From Stylophora pistillata (taxonomy: Eukaryota): a DNA stretch of 64,000 bases. The number at the start of each line of letters is the position of its first letter. Within the stretch, counting starts at the first letter, position 1. Positions 59,317-64,000 of the stretch are shown here, in pieces. Below the pieces are notes generated by a model. It did no database searches, was not told where the DNA came from, and was given only the letters and a program-made list of their open reading frames with translations. Made by a program: the position numbers and the translations under genes. The stretch covers positions 202,561 to 266,560 of the forward strand of contig NW_019217790.1 of the NCBI RefSeq assembly GCF_002571385.2. The letters run 5' to 3'.

Positions 59317-61558
59317 ATGCGTCGAACAGTTCAACCTAGAAGATCACCAAGTCCAATGTCTACTCATTCACCTTTCAGTGCGAGAGATGTTCGAGAGAGG
59401 AAAACTTCTTTTTCGAAGGCTCCTCCTGGTGAGGATCTTCAAGTTATTGAGTGGAATATTGCTGATCAGCTTCGTCAAGTCAAGTTTCATCCGGAACAAA
59501 GCAGGCAAGAGTATTTCATGGTGTATAAAAATTCATTTGACCAACTCATTGAAAGCAAAGCTGTGGTTTACAAATCGATTTTGTCACAGATCAAAGCAGA
59601 GTATGAGGAGTTCATCGATACTCTGGAGAGAGGTCAGAGCCAGACAATCTATCTTCAGGGAATGCTCAAGGCTCTGTTGTCGGAGAAGGCAAATGTAAGG
59701 CATTTTGTACAGAGAGGTGATGAGCTTGAAGAGAAAATTGCAAAGCTTAGAAAGCATAACACTCAACTAAGGGAGAAACTTCACATTTTAAGAGCAGAGA
59801 GAGTTCGGAGGTTGGCATCTGCAGAAAGTAAGTCGATACATTCTGTTGTAAAAGAAACAAGGCTTCTGATTCCTGGCTTGTCCTTGAAAGAACTCACTGA
59901 CTTGCCTACTTTGAAGAAGACTCTATCCAGATTAGATGCGCAAGTATGGGAGCTGAAGGAAGCTACAAAATCTAAATTTGCAGAGCGAAACCAGAAACAG
60001 GTTTTGAAACAACAGCTCATGAAGAAGGAAAGTGTGAGAGATCATGTGTTTGCCTATCATGGAGAATTAAAAGGAAGGTGTGAGACCCTTAAAGTTGCTG
60101 TTGAGGTAAGATCAGCCGCCTCTATTTGGGTCTTTGTTCAAGTCCTCTGAGGATATAATTTGTTTCAGCAATGTTTGCCTAGTTCAGGTGATTGTTCAGC
60201 GAGACAGACAGCTTGGTCTATAAGGTCAATATGTTGTATCTTACAATGTTAACTCTTTTTTTCTTTTTCATTCGAAAAAATGCACTAAGATCTTGGGTAA
60301 CAGGTTAGCCCAGTTCAGGCTGATTGAGATCACATAATACAAGTGTATAATCCACCTTAGAAACTCCTAAAAGAGGGGAACAACCTCCAAGGGAGTCAAC
60401 AAGATTTTACTTTTATTAAATTTTTGAGAGGAGACCATCCACCTTTCTTAACACTTTGAAAAAATTTATACTGTCTTATGTTAATTTCATGAACAGGCGG
60501 CTAGAACAATGGTTGATAAACCAGACCAGGATGTTCATGTTATTGATGTTATAATTCGAGAGCTAGCAAACTATGGTAACAGCAAGTATGGGAAGAAAAG
60601 TGATTCCTTACAGTTCTTTGCAAGCTTTGATGAGGATGATCCCTTAAAAAAGAAAGAGGCAGAACATTTAATTGAGTACGTTGATCACTTCAACAATTTA
60701 TTTGACTTTGGACAGTTCGAACTGGCTGCAATGCATGCTGCCAACTCACCAATGGGAATTCTCAGATCGTATGAAACCATGATCAAATTCAAGCAAGTTG
60801 AGTGTAATGAAGGTGAGGTGTCACCTCTATTGGTCTTCTGTGATGCTCTAATGGCTACAGCATCAGCTGCACAACCTCTCACAGGAGCTATGTCCTCGGA
60901 ATGTATTCGCTGTGCACTCAGTGAAGGACGTCTGGACCTTGCAACCCACTGGCTTGCTCAGGAGAAGTTAACATTTTCTATTCCTCTTGGCGATGCTTTG
61001 TACAACTTCTGCCCATGCCTTCAAAACTGTATATGCACCTGTATTCCTTTGGCACAGACTGTTTACATGAAAGTCGGTGCACATCATCAAGTTATTACTT
61101 GTCTTTGCAGGCAAGGAAAATTCTCAATCATGTTGAATTATGCACAGAAGCATGCCAAATTCACAACAGAGGATTTTAGATCTATCCTCATGAGGAATCC
61201 TTCTCCAGAACTAGCAAAGCTTATGCTCAGTAATCCCAGCATGGAGGGCAGGGTTGGGTTGTTGAGTTTTGCATCTGTTGTTGGAGCATTTTTAGATGAC
61301 AACCAACCAGAGATGTTAGTGAATGTATTAAAGCATCTCTCTCAGAGCAGCTCTAATGACTTATCTACTGTGATTACAGATGCATTGTTAAATGAGACAA
61401 GGAGTGACAATATGGATACAGACAGATGGCTGTCAGTTGTTGATATGTGCCAGGAATCTGGTTTGCTTGGAATTGGTGTTGAAATATTGTCCATTCTCAC
61501 CATAAGGGAGGCACTAAACAAAGCTTCCATTGCTTTCAGTATGGATTACATTTCTTAA
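59317..61558 (+). CDS. CLHC1: Clathrin heavy chain linker domain-containing protein 1; exons 59317-60105 and 60497-61558
   Basis: TSNAXIP1-N-like segment (VYKNSFDQLIE..YKSILSQIKAEYEEFI), a coiled coil, and a clathrin linker (FNNLF..GQFELAAMHAANSPMGILRS.ET..KFK). One phase-0 GT-AG intron. Confidence 0.85.
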
Positions 61559-62004
61559 GCCAAAATTTGAGACTTTTGAAGACAAAAGGCTTATTCAGTT
61601 CAAAAGTGGTCTCATATTTTCAAAACTTAGTAACAAAGACACTAGAATCAAGATTGAACTAGTTCAGCATTTGAGAACGTAGAAGTTGATTGTGCAGAAG
61701 AAGCACAAACCCAACACCCATTTCAGAGACTTCATTAAATGGTTCAGTGTGAAAGCCACATCTGTCTAATTGTTAGGAACCAATAAGGTGTCCTGCTCAA
61801 GTAAATTAATTTTACTAATTTAAAAGCATCCATTCAGAAGGGATACACAAGGACCTGAGCTGAGGAAAATACAAGAATTAGGAACTGCTTTTTTAAAGAC
61901 AAAGACAAGTACCGGTATCAGTCTTAGTGGTGTGTAAGGAGTCAAGTCCACTATCAATGGAACATTAAACATTATGGACTTAATATGAACCAACATAATG
62001 ACTA

Positions 62005-62160
62005 GATCCCAGTTGGCTTCTTAGCTCAGTTGGTAGAGCACTGCACTGGTATTGGAGAGGTCATGGGTTCAAATCCCATACAGGCCTGAACTTTTTTCAG
62101 GCTTTACTCCACTACCACATGGGTAGGGTTCATCATTGCAAGGATGGCTTTCATACATTT
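62005..62160 (+). mobile_element. tRNA-derived SINE of the same family as 51110-51270
   Basis: TAGCTCAGTTGGTAGAGCACTGCACTGG..GGTTCAAATCCCATACAGGCCTGAACTTTTTTCAGGC. Confidence 0.75.
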
Positions 62161-62794
62161 CAGAAACAATGTCACACATCTTTGTTTAAAAAGACTGTTT
62201 GTAAATCTGTGTCTTCTGTCTCCCTGATCAAGACTCAAAATGTTTTCCTCTCTGTTACACTACAATACTTCCAGAGTGATAAATATTTTCTATATTTTAA
62301 GCATTCATACTTTTAGTTCTGAAAGATGTAATAAATATATGGTACAAAACTAAATATGCAAACAATTCACAGTAAAACAAAAAGAAAAAACTTTGAATGA
62401 CTAGGAACAAGTCACTAAGTGTTCTTATATAGGAAACTCTTTAGCTTCGAAAAATAACTGAAAAATTGGTCATTGACCAGATTCATTCTATCATGTTCCA
62501 CTCAAGAAGAGATAGTGTAAGATGGTTAATTAAGCACTATGGTATTATAAATGGCTTACTAAATGATCTTGAAATGTCTGAAAAAGAGGATCCACATTGA
62601 AATTTTCAAGTAATCCTCATCAAGCTGTGAATTAACAATCTCCTGGTGGAGAAACGTTTATATTTAACCCACACTCACTGTTGCCTAATTTCTCAAAGTA
62701 TTGATTCACACTGAGCCCTTTTCTAGTTTTCTTTATGATTGGGTGTACTGATTGTCCATACTATTTACAAAACGTTCTTGAGAGTCAATTTGTC

Positions 62795-63408
62795 CTATAT
62801 CTCATATCTTCTAAACTTGCTGATGTGTCTTCCTTGCTTGGAACTCCATCCATGTCTTCTGTGTAACTTTGATAACTTTAAATTGTCATCATTGGATGAT
62901 ACTAAGCGTTTTGCCTTTAGGTTCCCGTCAAAGAATTCATCCAGAGGATTTGCTTCAACTAAAGTATAACAAAAAATAAATAAATGATTAAAACTTCCAA
63001 CAGTCATTTTACTTTTAAATGGTGTGAAAGAGCTAAACAAAGCTAGAAGATTCTTTTCAACAATCCCACAATTTCCTAAGATTAATTAATGCCACTGAGT
63101 CTGGCAGTTGTACAGAATTTCAGGGACACAATTTTGACTCGGGGCATGATCATTTTCAGCAAGGATGCCTGTAAGACCCCATGAAAAGTTTATGTGTAGC
63201 TTAGAGGGGACCCTTGAGTTATAACTCACCTTTTCTGTAGTCAAGCATGAGTTCTTTTCTGGGTTTAGCAGCCCAGTGTAATGATGTATGTACTGCTCCA
63301 CTGAGCCCAATCCATTGACCATAAGGTACAGCTATTCCTGATCTGCGCCAAAAGTCATACTTCTTCCTGCTTTCCTCGTCGCACAGAATACTACGAGCAT
63401 TTTGCAAT
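62795..63408 (-). CDS. DNAJC12: DnaJ homolog subfamily C member 12, last two exons (63408-63230, 62958-62795); 5' exons lie beyond the window
   Basis: LQNARSILCDEESRKKYDFWRRSGI..QW..TSLHWA..LML and the C-terminal KFRRYEI match recalled DNAJC12 motifs (RYDHWRRS, TSMHW, KFRNYEI). Confidence 0.88.
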
Positions 63409-64000
63409 CTGAAATGAGATTTTTTTGGTTCAAACTGAGAGGGGATGGTAAATATCGCACATTTGCGCCATTTCCTCGCCAGTTGTTAAAAATTGGCAAA
63501 GCCTTAATATCATTTCTTAGCCTGCTCCAAATGCTTTCATGTGAAAGTTCGCACTTTTTGAGGATGTTGGCGTATCTCCCTTTTGTGACGCACTGACACG
63601 CCCTCCTACCGCCCCCCAACCCACAAGGAATAAATCAGTGGCCCCTTGTTTCATATGCGAAACATGAAAAATACCAAACAATGTTCTTTTCTCTTAGTTT
63701 AAAGATATGTTCCTGTTCTTCGGACTAAATCACATCATGATGTCTTAAATATAAAGTACAATGCCTCCAGGACAAGATCGGCCGGCTTCTCCGAAGATTT
63801 GGTAACGGGGACTATCACGGTAACACGCAGTGAAAATCACATGAGAGTTTGCCAAATTCAACTTTTTTCCTCCGCAAAAATTTGCGTCACAATCCCCTGA
63901 AATTTAAGAAAAAAAAAAACCTTTTTTCGTTAAAATCAACAAATTTGACCGTTCTAAATTATCAAGAGACTGCTCATGGGAACTCTGATCAAATTAACGA

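Noticed and set aside
62015-62090. tRNA gene candidates (also near 39965, 51160 and 52575)
   Set aside because: A and B boxes are present, but no clean acceptor stem was found and each continues into a SINE-type body.

Overview
AT-rich animal genomic DNA with spliceosomal introns. Gene content and repeat families point to an anthozoan cnidarian, probably a stony coral (inference). Host genes, left to right: 3' exons of a LAMP-family gene (+), an intronless BTG3/BTG4-like gene (+), UFC1 (+, 6 exons), two convergent intronless aminergic-type class A GPCRs, an SLC24/NCKX exchanger (+, 10 coding exons), RSRC1 (-, with micro-exons), a C6orf89/BRAP homolog (-, with an in-frame TAG), CLHC1 (+, head-to-head with the C6orf89 homolog) and the 3' end of DNAJC12 (-). 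Mobile DNA includes a decayed L2/CR1 LINE carrying a 2A-like motif and a full-length 4.7 kb PIF/Harbinger element (TTA TSD, 31-bp TIR) whose second gene has two MADF domains. There are also several MITEs with clear TSDs, tRNA-derived SINEs and a Penelope-like ORF fragment. The most striking non-coding signal is five short insertions from three sequence families with minimal type I hammerhead-ribozyme motifs. Four are fold-backs that place a full or partial motif on each strand, and one family carries a compensatory U3-A8 core. Both N-gaps are flanked by near-identical duplications that look like assembly artefacts. All calls come from reading the sequence by eye and from recalled family motifs; no searches were run.
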